Part shown: piece after piece, positions 53,234 to 62,431 of the stretch
Layout of the letters: the number at the start of each line of letters is the position of its first letter
How positions within the stretch are numbered: the stretch's first letter is position 1
Translations under genes and position numbers: made by a program
Origin: an uncultured Chloroflexia bacterium
Lineage (GTDB): Bacteria; Chloroflexota; Limnocylindria; Limnocylindrales; CSP1-4
Length of the DNA stretch: 64,000 nt
Direction of reading: 5' to 3'
Assembly: GCA_963763775.1 (NCBI GenBank)
Contig: CAVXPZ010000003.1
Coordinates: 96,001-160,000 of the forward strand
Notes under the pieces: generated by a model
The model's database searches: none
Seen by the model: only the letters and a program-made list of their open reading frames with translations
What the model was told of the DNA's origin: nothing

Positions 53234-54005
53234 ATGCCGCGCGTCAGCCGTTTCTCGATCGCCCCGGTCCGAAGCCTCGGGCTGGAGCATCCCGACGCGA
53301 TCGACGTCACCGAGGTCGGCGTCGTCGAGGACCGGCGGTTCTTCCTCGCCGACGCCGACGACCGACTGGTCGACCGGCTCGATCGTCGGCGAGCTCGTGC
53401 AGATCGCGACGCACACCGACCCGGAGGCGACCACGCTCCGGATGACGTTCCCGGACGGCCGCGTGATCGAGGGCGAGGTGCGTCTCGGCGGTCCGATCGA
53501 GACGCCGATCTACAAGCGCGTCGGGGTCGGGCACGTCGTGGAGGGCCCCTGGGCCGAGGCGCTCTCCGCCTTCTGCGGTCGCCCGATCACCCTGGTCCGT
53601 TGCGATCGTCCGGCCGGGACACGGTCAGGCAACCCCGTGAGCCTCATCACCGATGGCTCGCTCGAAGAGCTCGCCGGTCACGCCGGCGTCGATGGGGTGG
53701 ACGGCCGACGGTTCCGGATGCTCATCGAACTCGAGGGCGCGGTGCCGCGGGAGGAGGACACCTGGATCGGCCGGCAGGTCGCGCTCGGGAGCGCCGTGCT
53801 GACGATCACCAAACCCGACGCCCGGTGCGCGATCACGACGCAGCACCCGGACACCGGCGTTCGCGACCTCGACACGCTCCGGACGCTCATCGCCTACCGA
53901 GGCCTTCGCGACGGGAACAAGGTGGACTTCGGCGTGCTGGGTGAGGTCGCGGCGCCCGGACGGATCGCGCTCGGGGACGAGGTCCGGGTCCTCGAGCCGG
54001 CCTAG
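53234..54005 (+). CDS. MOSC domain protein (frameshift near 53380)
   Basis: PVRSL, DRRF, RRFR, EDTW, RC-x-x-TT. Confidence 0.87.
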
Positions 54006-54814
54006 CCGGAGATCTCGGCCCGCTCCGTGAACAGGGCCGTGACGAGCAGCGCCCCGATGAGCCACGCGGCCACGACCACGAGCGCCAGCTCGGGATCGAG
54101 TCGCACGGGGCCGCTACCACCGCCCGTGGACGCCGTCGTCGCCACCACGGCGGTGGCGGCATTGAAGGGCAGGAACTTCACGATGTCGGGCAGGAAGATC
54201 GAGGCGAACTGCTCGCCGAAGTAGACGGCGATCCCCACCCCGATCCCGGCGAGCTGGCTTCGCGCGAGCGTCGCGATCGCGAACCCGAGCGCGCAGGCCT
54301 CGGCGAGCGCCAGCCAGCCACGCGCCAGGAGCTCCGGGACCTTGCCAAGGGTGGCCGCGTCGCTGACGCCGGCCGTGGGCACCTGGGCGATCACCGCGGC
54401 GACGAGCGCGACGACGACGCCGATCGCGAAGGCCACGACCATCCCGATCCCGACCATCACGGCGATCGAGGCGAAGGACACGAGCTGGTAGCGACTCCGG
54501 CTCTCGCCGCGCGCGACCGCCGCCTTGAGCGTCCCCCACGTCCACTCCGAGCCGGCGATCGCCGCACCGTAGATCATCGCGAAGAGGCCACCGAGTCCGA
54601 GGATGAAGGACAGCAGCAGCGAGTACGCGCCGGGGAACGTCAGGAGCAGCAGCGCGGACCGACCGCCGTTCCCGCCATCCGCGCCGGTCTGCTGTCGCGC
54701 CGTCGCCCCGACGGCCAGGTAGATGAGCGCGAGCAGGCCGACCAGCAAGCCGAACGTGACGAACGTGGCCGGCCGGCGGACGAGCTTGCGGAGACCCGAG
54801 CGGAAGAGCCTCAC
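54002..54814 (-). CDS. ABC-2 type transporter permease
   Basis: GSEWTWGTLK motif, about 6 TM segments. Confidence 0.88.
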   Translation of the reverse strand: MRLFRSGLRKLVRRPATFVTFGLLVGLLALIYLAVGATARQQTGADGGNGGRSALLLLTFPGAYSLLLSFILGLGGLFAMIYGAAIAGSEWTWGTLKAAVARGESRSRYQLVSFASIAVMVGIGMVVAFAIGVVVALVAAVIAQVPTAGVSDAATLGKVPELLARGWLALAEACALGFAIATLARSQLAGIGVGIAVYFGEQFASIFLPDIVKFLPFNAATAVVATTASTGGGSGPVRLDPELALVVVAAWLIGALLVTALFTERAEISG

Positions 54815-55830
54815 GAGGCGCCTCCCGGCCCGGAAGCGTCCGGTCCGCCCGCGGCGGGCGGCGCGACGTTGCCACCGGCGACGCCGAAGAACGTCCCCTC
54901 GTGGTCGGATGAGCCGTCGCCCGCGGTCAGCTCGAGGAACAGCGACTCGAGATCGCTGCCGGTCTCGAGGCCGGAGGCGTAGACGCCGGCCGATGCCAGG
55001 AGCCGATTGACCTCGGCGGCCCGCTCGGGGCCGATCCGCACCGACAGCCAGCCATCGTCCCCGGCCGTCGCCGGCTCGGTCGCCAGGCCGTCGAGGAGCC
55101 GGCGGGCGGCAGCCACCTCGTCGGCGGCCACGCGGACGCGGACGACGCCCTCGCCCTGGAGGAGCTCGTCGATCGGACCCTCGCGGACGAGTCGCCCCGA
55201 CGCGATGATCCCGAGGACGTCCGCCAGTTGCTGGACCTCGCCGAGGATGTGACTCGACACGAACACGGTCTTGCCCGATGCCGCGAGCTGCTTGAGCGTC
55301 TCGCGCATGGCCACGATGCCCGCCGGATCGAGGCCGTTGGATGGTTCGTCGAGCAGGAGCAGCGTCGGGTCGCTGAGGAGCGCGGCGGCGATCCCGAGGC
55401 GCTGCTTCATCCCGAGCGAGTACGTCTGGACCTTGTCGCGCGCTCGCTCCCGCAGCCCGACCAGCTCGAGCAGCTCCTCGATCCGCTTCGCCGGCGTCGG
55501 GGCACCGACGGCGGCGAGCGCCCGGAGGTTCTCGCGCGCCGACAGGTACGGGTAGAAGGACGGCGACTCGATGAGCGCCCCGACATCGAACAGGTGGCGG
55601 CGGTCGTGGCGGCCGAAGGGCCGGCCGAGGACTTCGATCGTGCCGGCATCCTGGTGGATGAGCCCGGTGAGCAACCGCATCGTGGTCGTCTTGCCGGCGC
55701 CGTTCGGCCCGAGGAAGCCGTACACGACGCCGGCGGGCACCGACAGGTCGAGGCCGGCGAGGGCCAGGCGCTGGCCGTATCGCTTCTGCAGGCCGCGCGT
55801 CTTCAGGGCAAGTCCGTCGGTCATGGGCAT
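54811..55830 (-). CDS. ABC transporter ATP-binding protein
   Basis: GPNGAGKTT, YSLGMKQRL, LLLDEP, SSH. Confidence 0.95.
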   Translation of the reverse strand: MPMTDGLALKTRGLQKRYGQRLALAGLDLSVPAGVVYGFLGPNGAGKTTTMRLLTGLIHQDAGTIEVLGRPFGRHDRRHLFDVGALIESPSFYPYLSARENLRALAAVGAPTPAKRIEELLELVGLRERARDKVQTYSLGMKQRLGIAAALLSDPTLLLLDEPSNGLDPAGIVAMRETLKQLAASGKTVFVSSHILGEVQQLADVLGIIASGRLVREGPIDELLQGEGVVRVRVAADEVAAARRLLDGLATEPATAGDDGWLSVRIGPERAAEVNRLLASAGVYASGLETGSDLESLFLELTAGDGSSDHEGTFFGVAGGNVAPPAAGGPDASGPGGAS

Positions 55831-55860
55831 CCCGATACTGGGAGCGGGCCGGCTGATGTG

Positions 55861-56426
55861 TCAACCGACGGGCCGGGCGACCTCCGAGCGGCGGCCGACC
55901 CAGCGACGGACGATGACGACCCAGGCGAACGCGCGCGAACGCGATCAGCGGCGACACGAGGACGGCCGCCGTGACACCGTCGCGGAGCACGAGCCCGGCG
56001 GCCATCCCGGCTGGGCCGGTCCCCTTGATGAAGGCCACCACCAGGTAGACCCCGATCATCGCGGAGGCGACGGCCGCGAGCGGGACGCCGACGGCGAGCG
56101 CGAGACCGGCGCTCGCCGCGGAGGCTCGGGATCCGAGGGCCGCGGGCGTCAGCCCGGCGCCGAGGAGCGCCAGGGCCGGGATGCTCATCACGACGACCAG
56201 GATCCCGGCACCGTCCGGGGCGCCAAGGCCCTCGGGCGGCGTGACCAGCGCCGCGACCCACACGACCGGTGCGTACAGCACGGCGGCGACGATGGCGCCG
56301 CGTCGCGAGGCCTTGATCATCGCGAGGCGCTGCCCGGTCGGGTCGGGCACCCACTGCGGGTCGGACGGCGAGATCACGCGGAACGGTTCGTCAGACAGGG
56401 TTCGCCACCAGGGTCGCAGGTCGCAT
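55861..56426 (-). CDS. hypothetical membrane protein (frameshifted; start uncertain)
   Basis: Four hydrophobic segments (GAIVAAVLYAPVVW...); TAGGCT box 7 nt before ATG 56426. Confidence 0.55.
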
Positions 56427-56478
56427 CGACCCGAGCCTACCAGCCGTCCTCGCCCGCCCAGCCCTGACCTCCGGGCCA

Positions 56479-57237
56479 TCAGCCGGTCGGTGAGGGTCCC
56501 ATCCGCCAGCGCACGCCGAGCAGGTCCGTCTCGGTGCTCGCATGACCTCGCGCCATGAGGTGCACCGTCGTCCGCGGCGTCGCCGGTCCGCGACGCGGTC
56601 GCAGGCGCAGGCGTTGCGAGCCGATGTCCGCGTCACGCGCGCCGCCGCCCGCGAGCGACGGTCGGAACCGGAGGCCGACGGCACGCAGATCCGCCTGGCT
56701 CTGGCGGTTCACGTCGTCGACGGCCAGTTCCAGCACGGTCAGTCGCGTCGGTCCGTCGGCTCGGGCCGCGCGATCCTCGGGCGTCCATTCCGCGGCCGAC
56801 GAGTCGTGCTCGATGAGGAAGGGCGGCCGGTCGGGATCCAGTCGCGTCCCTGCCGCGAGTCGCCAACGAACGACTCGTCCGTCCGGGCGGAGGCGCTCGC
56901 CACCGATCGGCTCGGCGAGGTCCGACCCCTGCGCCCGAAGGGCGGCGACGTCCGCGTCGATGTCGTCGGACGCGATCGCCCAGGTGGCCAGCCCGCCGCC
57001 GGTCTCCAGCGCCCGCAGCGTCGGCGCCCCGATCCACGAGGCGGCGGCAAGGACTGGGTCGAACACCCCGATGAGCTCGAGATACGTGTCGCCGAGCCAG
57101 ACGAGACGATTGAAGGTGCCGAGCGCCTCGTGTCGACCGCCGCCGCCGGCCACCAGGCCGAGGTTCGTCTCGAGCTCGGCGGCCGCCGCGTCGGGGTCGA
57201 CGACGGCGATCACGAGGTGGTCGATCCCGGTTTGCAT
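56479..57237 (-). CDS. VOC/glyoxalase-like family protein
   Basis: IDHLVIAV, GGRHEALGTFNRL, YLELI, PFLIE. Confidence 0.9.
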   Translation of the reverse strand: MQTGIDHLVIAVVDPDAAAAELETNLGLVAGGGGRHEALGTFNRLVWLGDTYLELIGVFDPVLAAASWIGAPTLRALETGGGLATWAIASDDIDADVAALRAQGSDLAEPIGGERLRPDGRVVRWRLAAGTRLDPDRPPFLIEHDSSAAEWTPEDRAARADGPTRLTVLELAVDDVNRQSQADLRAVGLRFRPSLAGGGARDADIGSQRLRLRPRRGPATPRTTVHLMARGHASTETDLLGVRWRMGPSPTG

Positions 57238-57335
57238 CGCCGGAGCGTACAGGGGCCGGGGCAAGGCCCGGTGGCGGGCTCGCGTGAGACTCGGACGCGA
57301 CACGGGGGCGGTGCCGCGGTCGCTAGGATGACGCG

Positions 57336-58151
57336 GTGAGCCCCACCGTCCGCCTCGAGCGCACCGGACCCGGCGGCGCCGTCGCTCGCGTCTGGCTCTC
57401 CCGGTCCGATGTCCACAACGCGTTCGACGCCACGCTGATCGCCGAGCTCCGGACCACCTTCGCGGCGCTCGCCCGCGAGACGCCGACCCAGCTCCGCGCG
57501 GTCGTCATCGGCGGCGACGGGCCGTCGTTCAGCGCCGGTGCGGACCTCGCGTGGATGCGCGCCGCCTCGTCTCTCAGCGTCGAGGCGAACGAGCAGGACG
57601 CGATGGCCATGGCGGACATGCTCGAGGTGATCGACACCTGCCCCGCTCCGGTCGTCGCTCGGGTGCACGGCGCCGCGCTCGGCGGCGGCATGGGTCTATG
57701 CGCCGTCGCGGACCTCGTCATCGCCGAGAGCGGCACGCGGTTCGGCTTCACCGAGACGCGGCTCGGCATCCTGCCGGCGGTCATCTCGCCGTTCGTCATC
57801 GCGAAGATCGGCGAGAGCCAGGCACGGGCCCTGTTCCCCGGTGCACGGCGCATCGATGCCGTGCGGGCGCAGCGCATCGGCCTGGTCCACGAGGTGGTGG
57901 AAGGTGACGACGCGCTCGATGCCGCCGTCGATGCGGCGGTGGCCGATCTGCTGATGGCCGGCCCGACGGCGGCACGGGCGGCCAAGGCGATCGTGCGCGA
58001 GGTGCGCGGTCTGGGGCACGGCTCGGCGAAGTGGCACACCGCCCGCGTCATCGCGCGCCAGCGGGTCAGCGACGAAGCCCGCGAGGGGTTCGCGGCGTTC
58101 GACGAGAAGCGCCGCCCGGCGTGGGCACCGCCCGATCCGGACGGTGGCTGA
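57336..58151 (+). CDS. liuC: enoyl-CoA hydratase, probable methylglutaconyl-CoA hydratase
   Basis: FSAGADLAWM, GAALGGG, ETRLGILPAVISP; MCC and HMG-CoA lyase context. Confidence 0.85.
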   Translation: MSPTVRLERTGPGGAVARVWLSRSDVHNAFDATLIAELRTTFAALARETPTQLRAVVIGGDGPSFSAGADLAWMRAASSLSVEANEQDAMAMADMLEVIDTCPAPVVARVHGAALGGGMGLCAVADLVIAESGTRFGFTETRLGILPAVISPFVIAKIGESQARALFPGARRIDAVRAQRIGLVHEVVEGDDALDAAVDAAVADLLMAGPTAARAAKAIVREVRGLGHGSAKWHTARVIARQRVSDEAREGFAAFDEKRRPAWAPPDPDGG

Positions 58152-58665
58152 CCGCACCGTCGCCTGCCTCGGCTGCGGCGGGATCGTCCCCGACGTCGAC
58201 GGGCCGTCGCATCGATACATGCTCGCGTCGCCCGGGTGCTGGGCAGCGTATGGGTCGTTCCTGTCTGGCGGGCTCCAAGGCTCGACATCCGGTCCACTCG
58301 CACGGCCGCAGGCGGCGTTGACCGTCGACGCGTATGCCGTCCAGCATCCCGGCGTCCCAGGACCGCAGGCGACCCAGTCGGTCTGGGTGCACCTGATCAC
58401 GCTGCACCTGGTCCTCGATGGAGGCTGGGCACCGTCACAGGCCATCCGCCTTCGCACGATCGGTGCGGACGCGTCGGCCGGCTGGGCGTGGCTCGAACCG
58501 CCCCGATCGATGGGTCCGGTGACCGCCATCGACGTGGTCCACGCCGACGAGCTTGACCTCAGCACGACCGTGCGTGCCTGGGTCGACGGGGCCTGGGCCG
58601 CATGGTCGGTCCACCATCCCGCAGTCCGGGCGACGGCCGCGGACCTGGTGCGCCAGCTGGACTGA
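58144..58665 (+). CDS. DUF5946-like protein
   Basis: CLGCG...H-x-Y-x-x-ASPGCW...VDAYAVQHPG...SVWVHLI. Confidence 0.75.
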   Translation: MADRTVACLGCGGIVPDVDGPSHRYMLASPGCWAAYGSFLSGGLQGSTSGPLARPQAALTVDAYAVQHPGVPGPQATQSVWVHLITLHLVLDGGWAPSQAIRLRTIGADASAGWAWLEPPRSMGPVTAIDVVHADELDLSTTVRAWVDGAWAAWSVHHPAVRATAADLVRQLD

Positions 58666-58686
58666 TATGCGACGATCGCGACATCG

Positions 58687-60705
58687 ATGCCGGATGAGCT
58701 GAGTCCAAGCGAGGTCGCACGTCGCCTCGGGACGTCCACGAGGACCGTCCAGCGGTGGATCGAGGCAGGCCGGCTCCCCGCTCGACGCGTCGGCGGGCGG
58801 TGGCGTGTCGCGTCTGACGCGTTCGGCGCGTTCGAACGGGAGACGGCAGGCCGATCCGCGCCGGAACGGCGGATCCGGGCGCTCTTCATCGCCAATCGCG
58901 GCGAGATCGCCACGCGGATCGCGCGAACATGCGACCGCATCGGCATTCGGGTGGTCACGCCGGCGACGGACGGGCCGGAGGCGCTGGACCTGCTCGACGG
59001 CGATGCTGTGGTCGCGGCCGCGCGCGCTTCGGGCGCGGACGCGGTCCATCCCGGCTTCGGGTTCCTTGCCGAGAACGCGGCGTTCGCGGAGCTCGTGATC
59101 GCCGCCGGCCTGATCTGGGTCGGACCGCCGCCCGAGGCGATCCGGACGATGGGCGACAAGGCCGCCGCACGGCGGCTCGCGGCGTCCCTGGGCGTGCCCG
59201 TGCTGCCCGGCTACGACGACACCGACCAGTCCGACGCCGCCTTCGCCGCGGCGGCGGAGCGCATCGGCTGGCCGCTCCTGGTGAAGCCTGCCGCGGGCGG
59301 TGGCGGCAAAGGCATGCGCGTGGTCCGCGACCCCGCCACGTTCCATGACGCGCTCGGCGGCGCTCGCCGGGAGGCACGCGCCGCGTTCGGGGACGAGCGG
59401 CTCATCCTCGAGCGCCTCGTCGACGGCGGCCGTCACGTCGAGATCCAGGTCCTGTTCGATGCCCACGGGCACGGCGTGCACCTCGGCGAGCGCGACTGCT
59501 CGATCCAGCGCCGCCACCAGAAGGTGCTCGAGGAAACCCCGTCCCCGGCCGTCGACGCCGGGCTACGCGACCGGCTCGGCGCGGCCGCGCTCACGTTGGC
59601 CGCCGCCGTCGGCTACGTGGGTGCCGGCACGGTCGAGTTCCTCGTCGACGATCGTGGGGCGCCGTCGTTCCTGGAGATGAACACACGGCTCCAGGTCGAG
59701 CACCCCGTCACGGAGATGGTCACGGGACGGGACCTCGTGGCAGACCAGCTGCGGATCGCCGCCGGCGAGCCACTCGGGTTCACGCAAGAGGACGTCGTGT
59801 CCCGCGGGGATGCGGTCGAGGTGCGTCTCTATGCCGAGGACGCCGAGGCCGGTTTCCTGCCGCAGACCGGTCGCGTCGAGGCGCTGCGCTGGCCGACGGG
59901 CGAGGGTGTCCGCGTCGATGCCGGCATCGAGGTCGGCACGGAGATCGGCGGCCGCTTCGACCCGATGCTCGCGAAGGTCGTCGCATGGGGCCCGTCACGG
60001 GACGTGGCGCTCGACCGGTTGACCGCCGCCCTCGACGCGACACTGGTGCTCGGGCTTGTGACGAATCTGCGGTTCCTGCGCTGGCTCGTCCGGCAGCCGG
60101 TCGTCCGCGACGGCGCCGCCCGGACCGATACGCTCGACCGGATCTGGCCGCCCGACGACTGGGCGTCGCGGACCGCGATCCCCGATGAGGCGTGGGCGGC
60201 GGCAGCCCGGGCGCTGGCTGCGGGCACGGCCGGCGGCGGCGATCCGTGGAGCGACGGGTGGCGGCTCAACGGCCCCGCGAGGATCCGGCTGGTCGCCGAC
60301 GGCGTCGAGCGCACGGCTCCCGCGGCCGTCGGCTCGGCGGGGCCCGCAGTCGACGAGCCGGCCGCCGTGCGGGTCGGGGAGATGGTCCATGTCGACATCG
60401 CCGGGCGGAGCGTCGCCATCACGGCCGCGGCGGCGCCCGACATCGACCGGGCCGCGCACCGGTCCGGCGCCGGTCCGGGCGGCACGGCCGAGATCGTCGC
60501 GCCGATGCCGGGCCAGGTCCTCACCGTCCATGTCCGCCTGGGCGATCGGGTGGAGGCCGGTGACGGGATCGTCACCCTGGAGGCCATGAAGATGGAGCAC
60601 CGGGTCACGACGCCGGTGGATGGGACCGTCACGGCGCTCGAGGTCGCGGCCGGCGATCAGGTCGCGCGCGCGCAGGGCCTCGCGACGATCGAGCCGTCGC
60701 CGTAG
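58687..60705 (+). CDS. liuD: biotin carboxylase-BCCP (MCC alpha subunit) with N-terminal excisionase-like HTH
   Basis: LSPSEVARRLGTSTRTVQRWIEAGRLPARRVGGRWRV; ANRGEIA, HPGFGFLAEN, GGGGKGM, RDCSIQRRHQK, EMNTRLQVEH, EAMKM. Confidence 0.9.
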   Translation: MPDELSPSEVARRLGTSTRTVQRWIEAGRLPARRVGGRWRVASDAFGAFERETAGRSAPERRIRALFIANRGEIATRIARTCDRIGIRVVTPATDGPEALDLLDGDAVVAAARASGADAVHPGFGFLAENAAFAELVIAAGLIWVGPPPEAIRTMGDKAAARRLAASLGVPVLPGYDDTDQSDAAFAAAAERIGWPLLVKPAAGGGGKGMRVVRDPATFHDALGGARREARAAFGDERLILERLVDGGRHVEIQVLFDAHGHGVHLGERDCSIQRRHQKVLEETPSPAVDAGLRDRLGAAALTLAAAVGYVGAGTVEFLVDDRGAPSFLEMNTRLQVEHPVTEMVTGRDLVADQLRIAAGEPLGFTQEDVVSRGDAVEVRLYAEDAEAGFLPQTGRVEALRWPTGEGVRVDAGIEVGTEIGGRFDPMLAKVVAWGPSRDVALDRLTAALDATLVLGLVTNLRFLRWLVRQPVVRDGAARTDTLDRIWPPDDWASRTAIPDEAWAAAARALAAGTAGGGDPWSDGWRLNGPARIRLVADGVERTAPAAVGSAGPAVDEPAAVRVGEMVHVDIAGRSVAITAAAAPDIDRAAHRSGAGPGGTAEIVAPMPGQVLTVHVRLGDRVEAGDGIVTLEAMKMEHRVTTPVDGTVTALEVAAGDQVARAQGLATIEPSP

Positions 60706-60716
60706 ACTTCCGAGCC

Positions 60717-60905
60717 ATGGCCCACCACGAGACCCCCCTGCCGCAGACCCGCGAGGCGCTGCTGGCCCTGCATGCCGAGACCCGCAAGCGGCGCAACGCG
60801 GCCGAGTGGGGCAGCCATGAGCACACCGAGGCCATCGACCTGATCGGCCGCATCGAGGTCGAGATCGCCCGCATCGAGCGGGCGATGGATCCGCCACGGG
60901 TCTGA
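60717..60905 (+). CDS. small hypothetical helical protein (62 aa)
   Basis: Coding-like codon usage; TAGACT box 8 nt upstream. Confidence 0.65.
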   Translation: MAHHETPLPQTREALLALHAETRKRRNAAEWGSHEHTEAIDLIGRIEVEIARIERAMDPPRV

Positions 60906-60942
60906 TCGTCGCCCTGGCGACGACGGCCGCGGGTCACCGGCG

Positions 60943-61881
60943 ATGACCCTGCCGACCATGAGCGAACGCGTCCGGATCTACGAAGTCGGGCCTCGCGACG
61001 GGTTGCAGAACGAGGCGACGCCGATCCCGGTCGACGCCAAGCGACGATTCATCGAGCTGCTCGCCGACGCCGGGCTCGCCGAGATCGAGGCCACCTCGTT
61101 CGTGTCACCCCGGGCGATCCCCCAGCTCGCCGACGCGGACGAGCTGCTGTCGGGGTTGCCCCGTCGTCCCGGCGTCCGCTACCCCGTGCTCGTCCCGAAC
61201 GAGCGCGGGATGGCCCGGGCCGAGACGGCCGGCGCCGATGCCTTGGCGGTCTTCACCGCGACGACGGACGCCTTCACCCAGGCCAACATCGGCATGACGG
61301 TCGAGGCCTCGCTGGCGGCCTTCGCCCCGGTGCTCGCCAGAGCCGCGGAGCTCGGCTGGTGGCGGCGCGGCTACGTGTCCACGGCGTTCGGCTGTCCCTA
61401 CACGGGGGCGGTCGTACCCGAACGGGCGGTGGCCGTCGCCCTCCGGCTGCTCGAGCTCGGCGTGGACGAGGTCTGCTTCGGCGACACGATCGGCGTGGGC
61501 GTCCCGAGCCAGGTGGCCGCGCTGACCGGCGCCGCGGTCGCGGCCGGCATCCCGCTCGACCGCGTCGCCTTCCACTTCCACGACACGCGCGGCACGGCCC
61601 TCGCCAACGTCGCCGCCGGTCTCGATGCCGGGGTCCGCTGCTTCGACTCGGCGGCTGGCGGCACCGGCGGCTGCCCGTATGCCCCGGGAGCGGCCGGCAA
61701 CCTCGCCACGGAGGACCTGGTCTACTTCCTCGACGCGTCCGGCTGGGAGACCGGCGTCTCGCTCGGCGGCGTGCTGGCGGCCGCGCGATACGTGAGCTCG
61801 GCGCTCGGCAGGCCGCTCGCGAGCAAGGTCGGCCAGGCGGGTGGCTGGGATCCGACGACGGGGGCGGCCTCCGACCGCTGA
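60943..61881 (+). CDS. liuE: hydroxymethylglutaryl-CoA lyase
   Basis: EVGPRDGLQNE, DTIG, HFHDT, GGCPYAPGAAGN. Confidence 0.93.
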   Translation: MTLPTMSERVRIYEVGPRDGLQNEATPIPVDAKRRFIELLADAGLAEIEATSFVSPRAIPQLADADELLSGLPRRPGVRYPVLVPNERGMARAETAGADALAVFTATTDAFTQANIGMTVEASLAAFAPVLARAAELGWWRRGYVSTAFGCPYTGAVVPERAVAVALRLLELGVDEVCFGDTIGVGVPSQVAALTGAAVAAGIPLDRVAFHFHDTRGTALANVAAGLDAGVRCFDSAAGGTGGCPYAPGAAGNLATEDLVYFLDASGWETGVSLGGVLAAARYVSSALGRPLASKVGQAGGWDPTTGAASDR

Positions 61882-61915
61882 GCACCATCCGACGTCTCTG
61901 CTATCGTCCGCGACG

Positions 61916-62431
61916 ATGGACGGTGTCGTACTCGTACTGAACCAGAATTACGAGCCGCTGAACGTCTGCAACGTCCCGCGGGCCTTCCGGCTGCTCTTCG
62001 GCGAAAAGGCCGAGGTGATCGAGTACGACCATCAGATGATCCGCACGCCGCGGACCGAGTACCGGGCGCCGTCGGTCATCCGCCTCCAGCACCTCATCCG
62101 CCGGCCGCGGCCGCGCGTGAAGCTGTCCCGACGCGAGATCTTCGCGCGCGACCGGCACACCTGCCAGTACTGCGGGCGGCAGGCGCACGACATGACCCTC
62201 GACCACGTCGTCCCGCGTCATCGCGGCGGCGGGCACACGTGGGAGAACCTCGTGACGGCGTGCAAGTCGTGCAACCACCGCAAGGGCGGCAAGACGCTCG
62301 AGGAGGCGCGGCTGCGACTGATGCGCCCGCCGTTCGAGCCCCGCAACGACATCTACTCGCTGTTCACGCCGTACCTCGCCGACGAGAAGAACGAGGCGTG
62401 GCGCTCGTACCTCTTCCTGGGACGGAACTGA
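61916..62431 (+). CDS. HNH endonuclease (stand-alone, McrA-like)
   Basis: VLVLNQNYEPL, RD-x-x-x-CQYCG, TLDHVVPR-x-RGG, WENLVTACKSCN. Confidence 0.92.
   Translation: MDGVVLVLNQNYEPLNVCNVPRAFRLLFGEKAEVIEYDHQMIRTPRTEYRAPSVIRLQHLIRRPRPRVKLSRREIFARDRHTCQYCGRQAHDMTLDHVVPRHRGGGHTWENLVTACKSCNHRKGGKTLEEARLRLMRPPFEPRNDIYSLFTPYLADEKNEAWRSYLFLGRN

Noticed and set aside
54002-56479. 825-aa ORF
   Set aside because: Chance read-through joining a membrane protein, an off-frame stretch over the ABC ATPase, and the permease.
58687-58840. Excisionase as a sign of a prophage or integrative element
   Set aside because: No integrase, att site or phage genes nearby; the HTH is in frame with a metabolic enzyme.
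61916-62431. HNH as a defence system or homing element
   Set aside because: Common stand-alone type in a housekeeping context, with no methylase or intron.
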